From Bacilli bacterium (GTDB taxonomy: Bacteria > Bacillota_I > Bacilli_A > RF39 > UBA660), in contig JAFXXB010000020.1 of assembly GCA_017542465.1 (NCBI GenBank), positions 10,329 to 74,328 on the forward strand: a DNA stretch of 64,000 bases, in the 5' to 3' direction. The position numbers were made by a program, and so were the translations under genes. Positions 9,926 through 17,721 of this stretch are shown one piece after another (within the stretch, counting starts at the first letter, position 1; every line of letters starts with the position of its first letter). The notes under the pieces are model-generated. The model was not told the origin of the DNA and made no database searches. It saw only the letters and a list, made by a program, of their open reading frames with translations.

Positions 9926-10915
9926 TTATTTTAAATAATCTTTTAAAAATTTTTCTATCTTATCAAATGGTATTTTATCTTTTTGATCATATAAATCTGT
10001 ATGAGTTGCTCCTGGTATAACTACTAATTCTTTATTGCTAGTATATTTAGAATCTTTAATCATATTATCATAAGCATCTTTTCCCATATAAAATGAATGA
10101 GCTTTATCTCCATGAACAATCATTACAGCACTTCTAATCTCATTAGAATAATGTAATAATCTTACATTCATCATTGAAGTACTAGATTGTATTGCCCAAC
10201 CTCCATTTGAATTTAAACTTCTCTTATGATATCCTCTTGGAGTTTTATAATATGCATGATAACCTTGTAAGAATTCAGGAGCATTTTCTGGTAACGGATC
10301 GATTACTCCACCAGCTAGAGCATATTCTCCATTCTTATAATCTTCATTTCTTTGATTGTTTAAATTAACTCTTTGTTGGTATCTTGCTTCTTCATTATCT
10401 TGTTCGTCAAAATATCCATTTCCAGCAACTCTAGACATATCATACATAGTTGATACGATAGTAGCTTTTATTCTTGTATCAATACATGCAGTTTGAAGCG
10501 CCATTCCACCCCAACCACAAATACCTATAATTCCAATACGCTCAGAATCAACATTATCTAAACTAATTAGATAATCTACTGCTGATTGAAAATCTTCTAC
10601 ATTGATGTCAAAAGATGTCATATATCTTGGTTCTCCACCTGATTCACCAGTAAACGATGGATCAAATGCAATTGTTAAGAATCCTCTTTCAGCCATTTCT
10701 TGAGCATATAATCCACTTGACTGCTCTTTTACTGCTCCATAAGGACCACTTACAGCTAAAGCTGGTAGTTTACCTTCATAATCTTTTGGCTCATACATAT
10801 CAGCTGCTAATGTAATGCCAAAATGATTTTTAAATGTTACTTTTTTGTGATTTACTTTATCACTTTGAGGGAATACTTTATCCCATTCTTGAACTAAATT
10901 TAATTCTTCTTTCAT
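9926..10915 (-). CDS. Alpha/beta hydrolase (YcjY-like)
   Basis: FTGESGGEPR, GICGWGG nucleophile elbow, ATHTDLYD; AGGAGG RBS. Confidence 0.88.
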   Translation of the reverse strand: MKEELNLVQEWDKVFPQSDKVNHKKVTFKNHFGITLAADMYEPKDYEGKLPALAVSGPYGAVKEQSSGLYAQEMAERGFLTIAFDPSFTGESGGEPRYMTSFDINVEDFQSAVDYLISLDNVDSERIGIIGICGWGGMALQTACIDTRIKATIVSTMYDMSRVAGNGYFDEQDNEEARYQQRVNLNNQRNEDYKNGEYALAGGVIDPLPENAPEFLQGYHAYYKTPRGYHKRSLNSNGGWAIQSSTSMMNVRLLHYSNEIRSAVMIVHGDKAHSFYMGKDAYDNMIKDSKYTSNKELVVIPGATHTDLYDQKDKIPFDKIEKFLKDYLK

Positions 10916-10971
10916 CATATTCCTCCTAATTATCAATAAATATTATACCACAAATTATCAAACTATAATGT

Positions 10972-10993
10972 TCGCAATATTGCTATTTTACGA
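10972..10993. repeat. Cassette-boundary site A2
   Basis: TCGCAATA-TTGCTA-TTTTACGA. Confidence 0.75.
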
Positions 10994-11008
10994 TAAAAAA
11001 AGATGTAT

Positions 11009-11075
11009 TTAAACATCTTTTTTTCTAATATCAAAACTGTTTCAACATGCCTTGTATGCGGTCAACAAACATATC
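11009..11075 (-). pseudogene. Orphan copy of rlmD 3' end (att-like scar) with downstream terminator hairpin
   Basis: Minus strand GAT ATG TTT + GTTGA + CCG CAT ACA AGG CAT GTT GAA ACA GTT TTG ATA TTA GAA... = DMF/PHTRHVETVLILEK; matches the rlmD end DMFPNTYHVETVMVLERKDV; one base lost in the A-run. Confidence 0.85.
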
Positions 11076-11096
11076 ATAATATCTTATATCTTACAA
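11074..11096. repeat. Cassette-boundary site B2 (7-nt spacer variant)
   Basis: TCATAATA-TCTTATA-TCTTACAA, 5 nt beyond the CPBP stop codon. Confidence 0.6.
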
Positions 11097-11101
11097 TCAT
11101 T

Positions 11102-11749
11102 TTAGATTAAGAATAATGCTAAAACATCTGCTAAGAAATGTGGTATCCAACTACACCATGCATTATCTGTTTCTTTAAATACCAATCCAAATAATGATGA
11201 ATCAATAAATACAAATAATAAATCATATGCTACTATTATAAAACTTCCTGCACTATAATGTCCTAATGCAAATAATAAAGATGTTACAATTATTGATAGT
11301 ATATAATGTATTTTTTTAGAAGTTTGCTTTTGAAAAAATCCTCTCCATGCTATTTCTTCTCCCAAAGTAAGAACTGCCAATGTTAAAATAGTTCTCATTA
11401 AATCAGTTGATGTGGCAAAATTAATTCTATCTTTTAAATGATTATTGAATTCTGGAATGAATTTATTTGCAATTATAGTACATAGTATAACTGATATAAA
11501 TGGTAAGAATGCATATATAATTGACTTAGGATGATCTTTAAAATCTTTAAATATAGTTTTAATATTTAATCCTTCATCTTTCGTTTTATTTGCTTTTCTA
11601 GTAACAAAGAAAGCAACTACTCCAACAATAACTGAAATACCAGAAAGTTTTAACACTTCTCCATCAATTTTAATATTCAATAAATTTGTTAATGATAATA
11701 TAGCAATTACTATTAAAAATATTACTACACTTTTATTCCCTTTATTCAT
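11102..11749 (-). CDS. CPBP/Abi (CAAX-protease-like) intramembrane protease
   Basis: GEEIAWRGF, LLFALGH, PHFLAD motifs; start at Met 11749 behind GAGGAG. Confidence 0.88.
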   Translation of the reverse strand: MNKGNKSVVIFLIVIAILSLTNLLNIKIDGEVLKLSGISVIVGVVAFFVTRKANKTKDEGLNIKTIFKDFKDHPKSIIYAFLPFISVILCTIIANKFIPEFNNHLKDRINFATSTDLMRTILTLAVLTLGEEIAWRGFFQKQTSKKIHYILSIIVTSLLFALGHYSAGSFIIVAYDLLFVFIDSSLFGLVFKETDNAWCSWIPHFLADVLALFLI

Positions 11750-11803
11750 TTTTTCAACTCCTCTATTAAACATTATACCACGAATTTTTAAAATTAAATT
11801 ACT

Positions 11804-11825
11804 TCGCAAGATTACTATATTGCGA
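11804..11825. repeat. Cassette-boundary site A3
   Basis: TCGCAAGA-TTACTA-TATTGCGA, the most symmetric copy. Confidence 0.75.
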
Positions 11826-11870
11826 TTAAATAAGTTTCGAATTTACAAAAAAACTTATCTAAAAACGTAT

Positions 11871-13316
11871 CTAAAGTTTTCCTATTTTCCGATTGCCGGG
11901 TTCAAATAAATCTATGTCTTCTATGTTAATGTCACTCATGTTAAATGATTTAAAGAAATTACTTCGTATTCCATTTAAAAGATCTTCTACAGCAATATTA
12001 TCTTCCCATGTAGGATTTAGTTCATTTTTTATACCACTTGGCCAGTCATATAAATGAAACCCACCGTTTTCTCCAATTCCCCATCTTCCATGTACAAATG
12101 CATTTCTAATCCTATTTACAGGCAATATTTTCTCACCACACTCAAAGTTTTCTTGAGAATCAACTGTTCTAAAATAAAAACTAGCTAGAAGAGCTATATT
12201 ATTCATATTTCTAGCCTCTAAATCCGATATATATTTTAAAATCAAATTAATTGTATCTGTATTATTTCCAAAACTATCATATAATAAATTTCCAGTTTGT
12301 TTTTTTCCATAATTACGCATATATTCATCTACTTTTCTTTGCATATATAAATTATATTCACTATTTGAATTATCCCAGTTGGATATAAAATTATCATAAA
12401 TAAGTATGTTTTCATTTTGATTAAATGCAGCTTTATATATTCCAATTGGCAATATTATTCTCATATAATAGATAATAAAATCAGTTAATAGTTTTCCATT
12501 CGATAAAACATCCGTGCGGCCTGCTATTTCTTTAAATTTTCTAAGCATTTCTTTTTTTTGCGTTTTTGTTAATTCATGTACTACTTTTTCAGCACCAAAT
12601 TGATTGGCTTTTTCTAACATTATTTTTTGAAAATTATTACTATCTACTCTAGATAAAGCAGCCTTATATTCCAAAGAATTCCCATCAACTATCTTTTGCG
12701 TATATAAAAATCTCACATAATTAAATCTGTCAAAAAAGGAAGACAAATCGTTTGGATCTATATCTTTTGAGTTATCTATTTCCATACCTGTTGTTGAATA
12801 TGTACTAGATGAAAGATTAATATATTTTACTAAAATTTCAATATCATTTTTGGGAATTATTAAGTTTAATGGCTTAGGTTTTGTTCCTTTCATGTCAATT
12901 ATTATATACTGTCCATCTTTTGTGATTTTATATAATTCATTAATATTACTATGAGAAAAAGCATCTCTTAAAAATTTCAAAATATTTTTCCCGCTAAAAA
13001 TTTTTTTGTCTTTTTTATCAACAAACCATCTTTCTGGTATTTCTATATTTTTGGCTTCTATATAATCAAAAACTTCATCTTTCGTTAAAGAAAATGCATC
13101 TATATATCTTAAAATTGAAATAATATTTATCATTTTGTCATAGTTCTCTTTTGTTGCTTTTGGACCATTTTTTAAACTCCTATTTAATTCATTTAAAGTT
13201 CTTATATAATTTGTCTTGTATGTATCCTGAGGAAACCTTGAATTCATATCAAGAAAGTATGTATTTAATATTAAATATAATATTATATCTGCTTTGTTTA
13301 AAGTCTTCTCCTCCAT
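11871..13316 (-). CDS. Hypothetical protein with two HEPN-like RxxxxH motifs
   Basis: LRDAFSH and IRNAFVHG, each followed by a short beta-hairpin-like stretch; own promoter, RBS and terminator. Confidence 0.6.
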   Translation of the reverse strand: MEEKTLNKADIILYLILNTYFLDMNSRFPQDTYKTNYIRTLNELNRSLKNGPKATKENYDKMINIISILRYIDAFSLTKDEVFDYIEAKNIEIPERWFVDKKDKKIFSGKNILKFLRDAFSHSNINELYKITKDGQYIIIDMKGTKPKPLNLIIPKNDIEILVKYINLSSSTYSTTGMEIDNSKDIDPNDLSSFFDRFNYVRFLYTQKIVDGNSLEYKAALSRVDSNNFQKIMLEKANQFGAEKVVHELTKTQKKEMLRKFKEIAGRTDVLSNGKLLTDFIIYYMRIILPIGIYKAAFNQNENILIYDNFISNWDNSNSEYNLYMQRKVDEYMRNYGKKQTGNLLYDSFGNNTDTINLILKYISDLEARNMNNIALLASFYFRTVDSQENFECGEKILPVNRIRNAFVHGRWGIGENGGFHLYDWPSGIKNELNPTWEDNIAVEDLLNGIRSNFFKSFNMSDINIEDIDLFEPGNRKIGKL

Positions 13317-13368
13317 TATATCAACTCCTATAATTAATTATAACATAAAAGAACGAATTCTCATCCGT

Positions 13369-13390
13369 TCTATATATCTTAATATTACGA
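13369..13390. repeat. Cassette-boundary site B4 (left arm degenerate)
   Basis: TCTATATA-TCTTAA-TATTACGA, 5 nt beyond the GNAT stop codon; spacer identical to B3. Confidence 0.55.
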
Positions 13391-13395
13391 TTACT

Positions 13396-14139
13396 TTATT
13401 TAATTAATTTTTCAAATGCATTTGCATTTAATATTGTATTTGAAACAAATTTACCTTTATAAAAGTTTGCCCAGTTATTAAATACACATGGAGCATTCTT
13501 TGCTTTCTCTAATGAGTCTATTTTTATAAAGTTTAACTTAATTTCCTTATCTTTTGCATAATCAGATAATTCTTTTACTTCATATTCTACATATGGGCAT
13601 TCATTAGAATAGTAAATAGTGAAATCTTGACTATCTATTTCCATCTTACGAGCACTATCACTAAATTTAGGTGTTTCTTTATCATCAAATTGTAATGCCA
13701 TTAATTCATAATCATTAATTGTATCTACTACTTTAAATCCATAGTGTTCAAAGAACTTCTTATCTCCAATAAATGGTTTCTTCTTTTGTGATACTAATGT
13801 ACATATACCACTCATTTTTTTCTTTTTAGCATCTTCAATAGCATATTCTAATAATTCTTTACCAATACCTTTTCCTTTAAAACTACCAGCAACCCATAAA
13901 CAGTAAATATGCATATAATTTTTACCGTTAATAGGAACCCAAGCTGTTTCTATTGGTTCATATTCAATAAAGATTTTACCTCTTGCATTTAGCTTTCTAA
14001 ATACATGACCATCCTTTATTTTACTTTTAATCCATTCTTTCTTTTTATCAACACCATCTTGATGTTTAGGATCTCCTATAGCACAACAAATATGCTCTTC
14101 ATCAATATTCTTTTCATCTAAATTAATGTACTCATTCAT
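13396..14139 (-). CDS. GNAT N-acetyltransferase with C-terminal YoaP domain
   Basis: EEHICCAI, FIEYEPIETAW, CLWVAGSFKGKGIGKELL, CPY...APCVFNNW. Confidence 0.88.
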   Translation of the reverse strand: MNEYINLDEKNIDEEHICCAIGDPKHQDGVDKKKEWIKSKIKDGHVFRKLNARGKIFIEYEPIETAWVPINGKNYMHIYCLWVAGSFKGKGIGKELLEYAIEDAKKKKMSGICTLVSQKKKPFIGDKKFFEHYGFKVVDTINDYELMALQFDDKETPKFSDSARKMEIDSQDFTIYYSNECPYVEYEVKELSDYAKDKEIKLNFIKIDSLEKAKNAPCVFNNWANFYKGKFVSNTILNANAFEKLIK

Positions 14140-14199
14140 ACTCACACCTCTATATTCATTATAGCACAAATTTTTACTATTTTTTTCTTACTTGCTTCT

Positions 14200-14221
14200 T
14201 CGGAATACTACTATTTTACGA
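14200..14221. repeat. Cassette-boundary site A4
   Basis: TCGGAATA-CTACTA-TTTTACGA, identical to A5. Confidence 0.8.
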
Positions 14222-14236
14222 TTAAAAAGATGTCTT

Positions 14237-14304
14237 TTAAACATCTTTCTTTTCTAAAACCATAAGGCTTTCAACATGCCTAGTATGCGGTCAACGAACA
14301 TATC
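14237..14304 (-). pseudogene. Orphan copy of rlmD 3' end (att-like scar) with downstream terminator hairpin
   Basis: Minus strand GAT ATG TTC + GTTGA + CCG CAT ACT AGG CAT GTT GAA AGC CTT ATG GTT TTA GAA AAG AAA GAT GTT TAA = DMF/PHTRHVESLMVLEKKDV*. Confidence 0.88.
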
Positions 14305-14324
14305 GTAATATCTTAATCTTGCGA
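14303..14324. repeat. Cassette-boundary site B3
   Basis: TCGTAATA-TCTTAA-TCTTGCGA; its reverse complement matches A3 at 19/22. Confidence 0.75.
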
Positions 14325-14332
14325 TTATTCTA

Positions 14333-15088
14333 TTAATTAAAAATCTTTTTCTTATTATTTATTTTAACTAGAACTAGTGACATTATTACTAATATAATTG
14401 ATGTTACTAAACTACCAATAATATTTTCATTAATTATATATATACCACTTAATGAATTTACAATACAATGAAATAATACACATAAACATACACTATTAGT
14501 ATTTTTTCTAATACTTGCTAAAGCAAAAGCTAAACCTAATACACTTATACCAAAAGCAAAATAGTTTTGTCCATATTGGGCAACTCCTTGAATAAAGAAT
14601 AAAGGTAAATGCCATATCCACCATATAACACTGACAACTAATGTTGATAAAAGAAAATTATGTTTCTTTTCTAATTCAGATTGTAAAATATATCTCCATC
14701 CAGCTTCTTCTAATCCACCACCAATTAACATTATGGGTATCATAAGAACAATTGCATATAAAGGAAAACCACTTTCATATCCTGAAATAAATATTTGAGG
14801 TAAAATATATACTACACCTAAAAATATCACCATTAAATAGGATAATAGATTATGTTTGAAATCAAAAATATGTTTAACCCAATCTTTAAATCCTTTAATT
14901 TGCTTGTTTTTCTTTAGTGATATATAAGAAGCAATAGTTGGAGACCAGCCTCCAATCAAATATGGAACATATAATAATAGATTATCTTTTAATATAATTC
15001 CATTTATACTGCAAACTATTAATGTTCCCCAACAAATAATCATTATTAAAAATGTAATTGATAAATAATCTTTAATTAATTTATTCAT
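14333..15088 (-). CDS. CPBP/Abi intramembrane protease
   Basis: GGGLEEAGWRY, WWIWHLPLF, CVLFHCIVN motifs. Confidence 0.88.
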   Translation of the reverse strand: MNKLIKDYLSITFLIMIICWGTLIVCSINGIILKDNLLLYVPYLIGGWSPTIASYISLKKNKQIKGFKDWVKHIFDFKHNLLSYLMVIFLGVVYILPQIFISGYESGFPLYAIVLMIPIMLIGGGLEEAGWRYILQSELEKKHNFLLSTLVVSVIWWIWHLPLFFIQGVAQYGQNYFAFGISVLGLAFALASIRKNTNSVCLCVLFHCIVNSLSGIYIINENIIGSLVTSIILVIMSLVLVKINNKKKIFN

Positions 15089-15140
15089 ATAATCAACTCC
15101 TTCTAATATATTATATCATTCTTTTTATCTTTCTTGCTCA

Positions 15141-15162
15141 TCGGAATACTACTATTTTACGA
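15141..15162. repeat. Cassette-boundary site A5, just beyond the rlmD terminator
   Basis: TCGGAATA-CTACTA-TTTTACGA. Confidence 0.8.
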
Positions 15163-15179
15163 TTAAAAAAAGATGTCTT

Positions 15180-16376
15180 TTAAACATCTTTCCTTTCTAA
15201 AACCATAACTGTTTCCACATGATATGTATTAGGAAACATATCAAGACCATATATCTTTTTAATATTATAATGTTCTTTTAATATATTTATATCTCTAGCT
15301 AATGTCATTGGATCACATGATACATATCCAATCATATTAGGTTTAATCTTAATTATATCTTTAATAGTTTTATCATTTAATCCTGATCTAGGTGGATCAA
15401 CAATAATAATATCTATCTTGTCATTTATTTTATTTAACATAACTGATGTATCATCAGCATAATATTTATAATCTTTAACACCATTTAATTTAGCATTATC
15501 ATTTGCATCTTTAATAGCATTAGCTATCTTCTCTATGCCTATTATTTTTTTAACCTTATCTTTCATAGATATTCCCATTACACCTGAACCACAGTAAAGG
15601 TCTAATAAAGTATTACCTTCTAAATAATTATTTAATATCTTAAATATTTCATTAGCAATATAATTATTTATTTGAAAGAATGAATTATATGATACTTTAA
15701 AATTATAATCACCTATTTTATCTTTAAAATATGATTCACCATATACTACTTTATCATTAATGATTATACCTACAATATTCTCAGGTATATCATCATGTAA
15801 TTCATATTTACTAGTGTTAATAACTAATAAGATATCATCATTATAATTAGTTCTTATAGTTATATCTCCATCATATATATAAATAAAACTATGATTACCT
15901 ATTATCTCATTAATTGTATTGTTAGCAAGTAAACATCTATTAATATATACATCATCATGGGAATCTTTATTGTAATAAGAAAACTTATTCTTATTAACTC
16001 TTAAAGTTATCTTATTTCTATAGAATAAATCTTTATTAGATTCTATTAGTTTAATCTCAGTATCAATACCAGCATATTTAAATAATATATCTTTTAATCT
16101 ATTCTTCTTAAATTCCATTTGTTTATCAAATGGCATATGCATTAAAGTACATCCACCACATTCATTTATATAAGGACACTTAGGTTGTATTCTATCTTGT
16201 GATGATTTAATAATATTTATAACTTTAGCTAAATAATATTTAGATGTCTCTTTAATAATTTCTACTTCTACTTCTTCATCTATTAATGCATTATAAACAA
16301 ATACTATCTTATTATTATAGTATGAAATACCTCTACCTTGATTATCAATTTTATTAATTGTTAGTTTTGTATGCAT
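15180..16376 (-). CDS. rlmD: 23S rRNA (uracil-C5)-methyltransferase RlmD/RumA
   Basis: TRAM domain, CPYINECGGC Fe-S motif, SFFQIN, DLYCGSG, VDPPRSG, YVSCDP, DMFPNTYHVE. Confidence 0.93.
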   Translation of the reverse strand: MHTKLTINKIDNQGRGISYYNNKIVFVYNALIDEEVEVEIIKETSKYYLAKVINIIKSSQDRIQPKCPYINECGGCTLMHMPFDKQMEFKKNRLKDILFKYAGIDTEIKLIESNKDLFYRNKITLRVNKNKFSYYNKDSHDDVYINRCLLANNTINEIIGNHSFIYIYDGDITIRTNYNDDILLVINTSKYELHDDIPENIVGIIINDKVVYGESYFKDKIGDYNFKVSYNSFFQINNYIANEIFKILNNYLEGNTLLDLYCGSGVMGISMKDKVKKIIGIEKIANAIKDANDNAKLNGVKDYKYYADDTSVMLNKINDKIDIIIVDPPRSGLNDKTIKDIIKIKPNMIGYVSCDPMTLARDINILKEHYNIKKIYGLDMFPNTYHVETVMVLERKDV

Positions 16377-17058
16377 ATAATTTATGAACTTCTTTCTTAT
16401 TTATTTCTCTATAATTACCAACAGGCATATCATCAATTAAGAATCCATATCTAGATCTATGAAGTTTAATAACCTTATAACCTAGAGCACCAAATACTCT
16501 CTTAACTATATGATTTCTACCTTCAATTATAGTTATTTCAACTGTTGCATATTTATTATTTGATTTAACTTTTACTCTAGTAGGCTTACATACTCTACCA
16601 TCTATATCTACACCTTGTTGTAATTTATAGATATCTTCTGTTTCTATTTTCTTATTAAGTTTTGCTATATATGTTTTTTCTATATGGAAAGAAGGATGAG
16701 TTAATAAGTTATCTAACTCACCATCATTAGTTAAGATGATTAAACCAGTTGTATTATAATCTAATCTACCTACAGGATATATTCTTTTATCTGTATCAAT
16801 TAAATCAGTTATGATTGGTCTATTCTTTTCATCCTTTAGGGAACATATATATCCTTCAGGTTTATTAAGTAAGAAATAAACTTTTTCTTCTGCTTTAATT
16901 TCTTCACCATTAACTATAATTTCATCTTCATGTGTTACTTTCATACCCAAAGTAGCTACTTCACCATTAACAAATACTTTTCCTTGTTTAATTAACTCTT
17001 CTGCTTTTCTTCTTGAAGTATAACCTGCTTCAGATATAACTTTTTGTAATCTTTCCAT
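16354..17058 (-). CDS. rluB: rRNA pseudouridine synthase (RsuA/RluB family)
   Basis: S4 domain ERLQKVISEAGYTSRRKAEE; GRLDYNTTG catalytic motif; EGRNH. Confidence 0.88.
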   Translation of the reverse strand: MERLQKVISEAGYTSRRKAEELIKQGKVFVNGEVATLGMKVTHEDEIIVNGEEIKAEEKVYFLLNKPEGYICSLKDEKNRPIITDLIDTDKRIYPVGRLDYNTTGLIILTNDGELDNLLTHPSFHIEKTYIAKLNKKIETEDIYKLQQGVDIDGRVCKPTRVKVKSNNKYATVEITIIEGRNHIVKRVFGALGYKVIKLHRSRYGFLIDDMPVGNYREINKKEVHKLYAYKTNN

Positions 17059-17109
17059 ATCAACACCACCTAACTAATAAATGGAAAAAAGATATGTTAT
17101 TCATATCTT

Positions 17110-17721
17110 TTATTTACTTTTCTTTTTTTCAGCCTTTTTAGCTTTAGAGTTTTTAGATACATGTTTTCTCTTTTTAGCTTTTGGTTGAGGCATTTCTATT
17201 TCTTCCTCCTTAACTTCAATCTTCTTAGGTTCTGCTTTAGCCTTTTTAGGTTTTGGTTCTTCTGTTGTTTCTTCAACTTTTCTAGTTGCTTTCTTAGGAG
17301 CAGCCTTCTTAGCTGATTTAACTTCTTTCTTTTCTTCCTTAACCTCTTTCTTAGGTTCTTCCTTCTTATCTTCTTTTACTTCAATCTTCTTTTCTACTTT
17401 TTCTTCTTTAACTGGAACTCCCTTAGTTTCTTCAATTAAGAATTTATTAATTGTAGATGATTGAATTCTGCTCTTTTGAATAAGTAAGAATACAGAGAAT
17501 ACAATTATTACTCCATCAACAACATAAGACCATACAGGAACTGATAATATAAATGCATCAAATATTGCACTTATAATACCATATGTTAATCCTATAATAC
17601 CTAATACTAACATTCTTGTTAATAATGACATATAACTCTTATTTCTATCACTAAAAGCTATATATCTTTTCTTAGCTTCCTTCTTTTCTTCTTTTGATAA
17701 TCTTTGGTATTTATTCTTCAT
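17110..17721 (-). CDS. Hypothetical 2-TM membrane protein with long Lys/Glu-rich tail
   Basis: Two hydrophobic helices then low-complexity KKEVKEEKKEVK...KKAEKKKSK. Confidence 0.65.
   Translation of the reverse strand: MKNKYQRLSKEEKKEAKKRYIAFSDRNKSYMSLLTRMLVLGIIGLTYGIISAIFDAFILSVPVWSYVVDGVIIVFSVFLLIQKSRIQSSTINKFLIEETKGVPVKEEKVEKKIEVKEDKKEEPKKEVKEEKKEVKSAKKAAPKKATRKVEETTEEPKPKKAKAEPKKIEVKEEEIEMPQPKAKKRKHVSKNSKAKKAEKKKSK

Larger units (their letters stand above)
9137..15250. mobile_element. Candidate stacked cassette array / integration hotspot at the rlmD 3' end (no recombinase in cis)
   Basis: Nine related 22-23 bp sites in alternating orientation, two rlmD 3'-end duplicates, unrelated accessory single genes. 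Confidence 0.7.

Noticed and set aside
9732-15162. CRISPR array or classical integron attC sites as the explanation for the repeats
   Set aside because: Spacing is 0.1-1.6 kb and contains genes, not 30-40-nt spacers, and there are no cas genes. No RYYYAAC...GTTRRRY pairs after stop codons (GTTGACC fails the consensus) and no intI.
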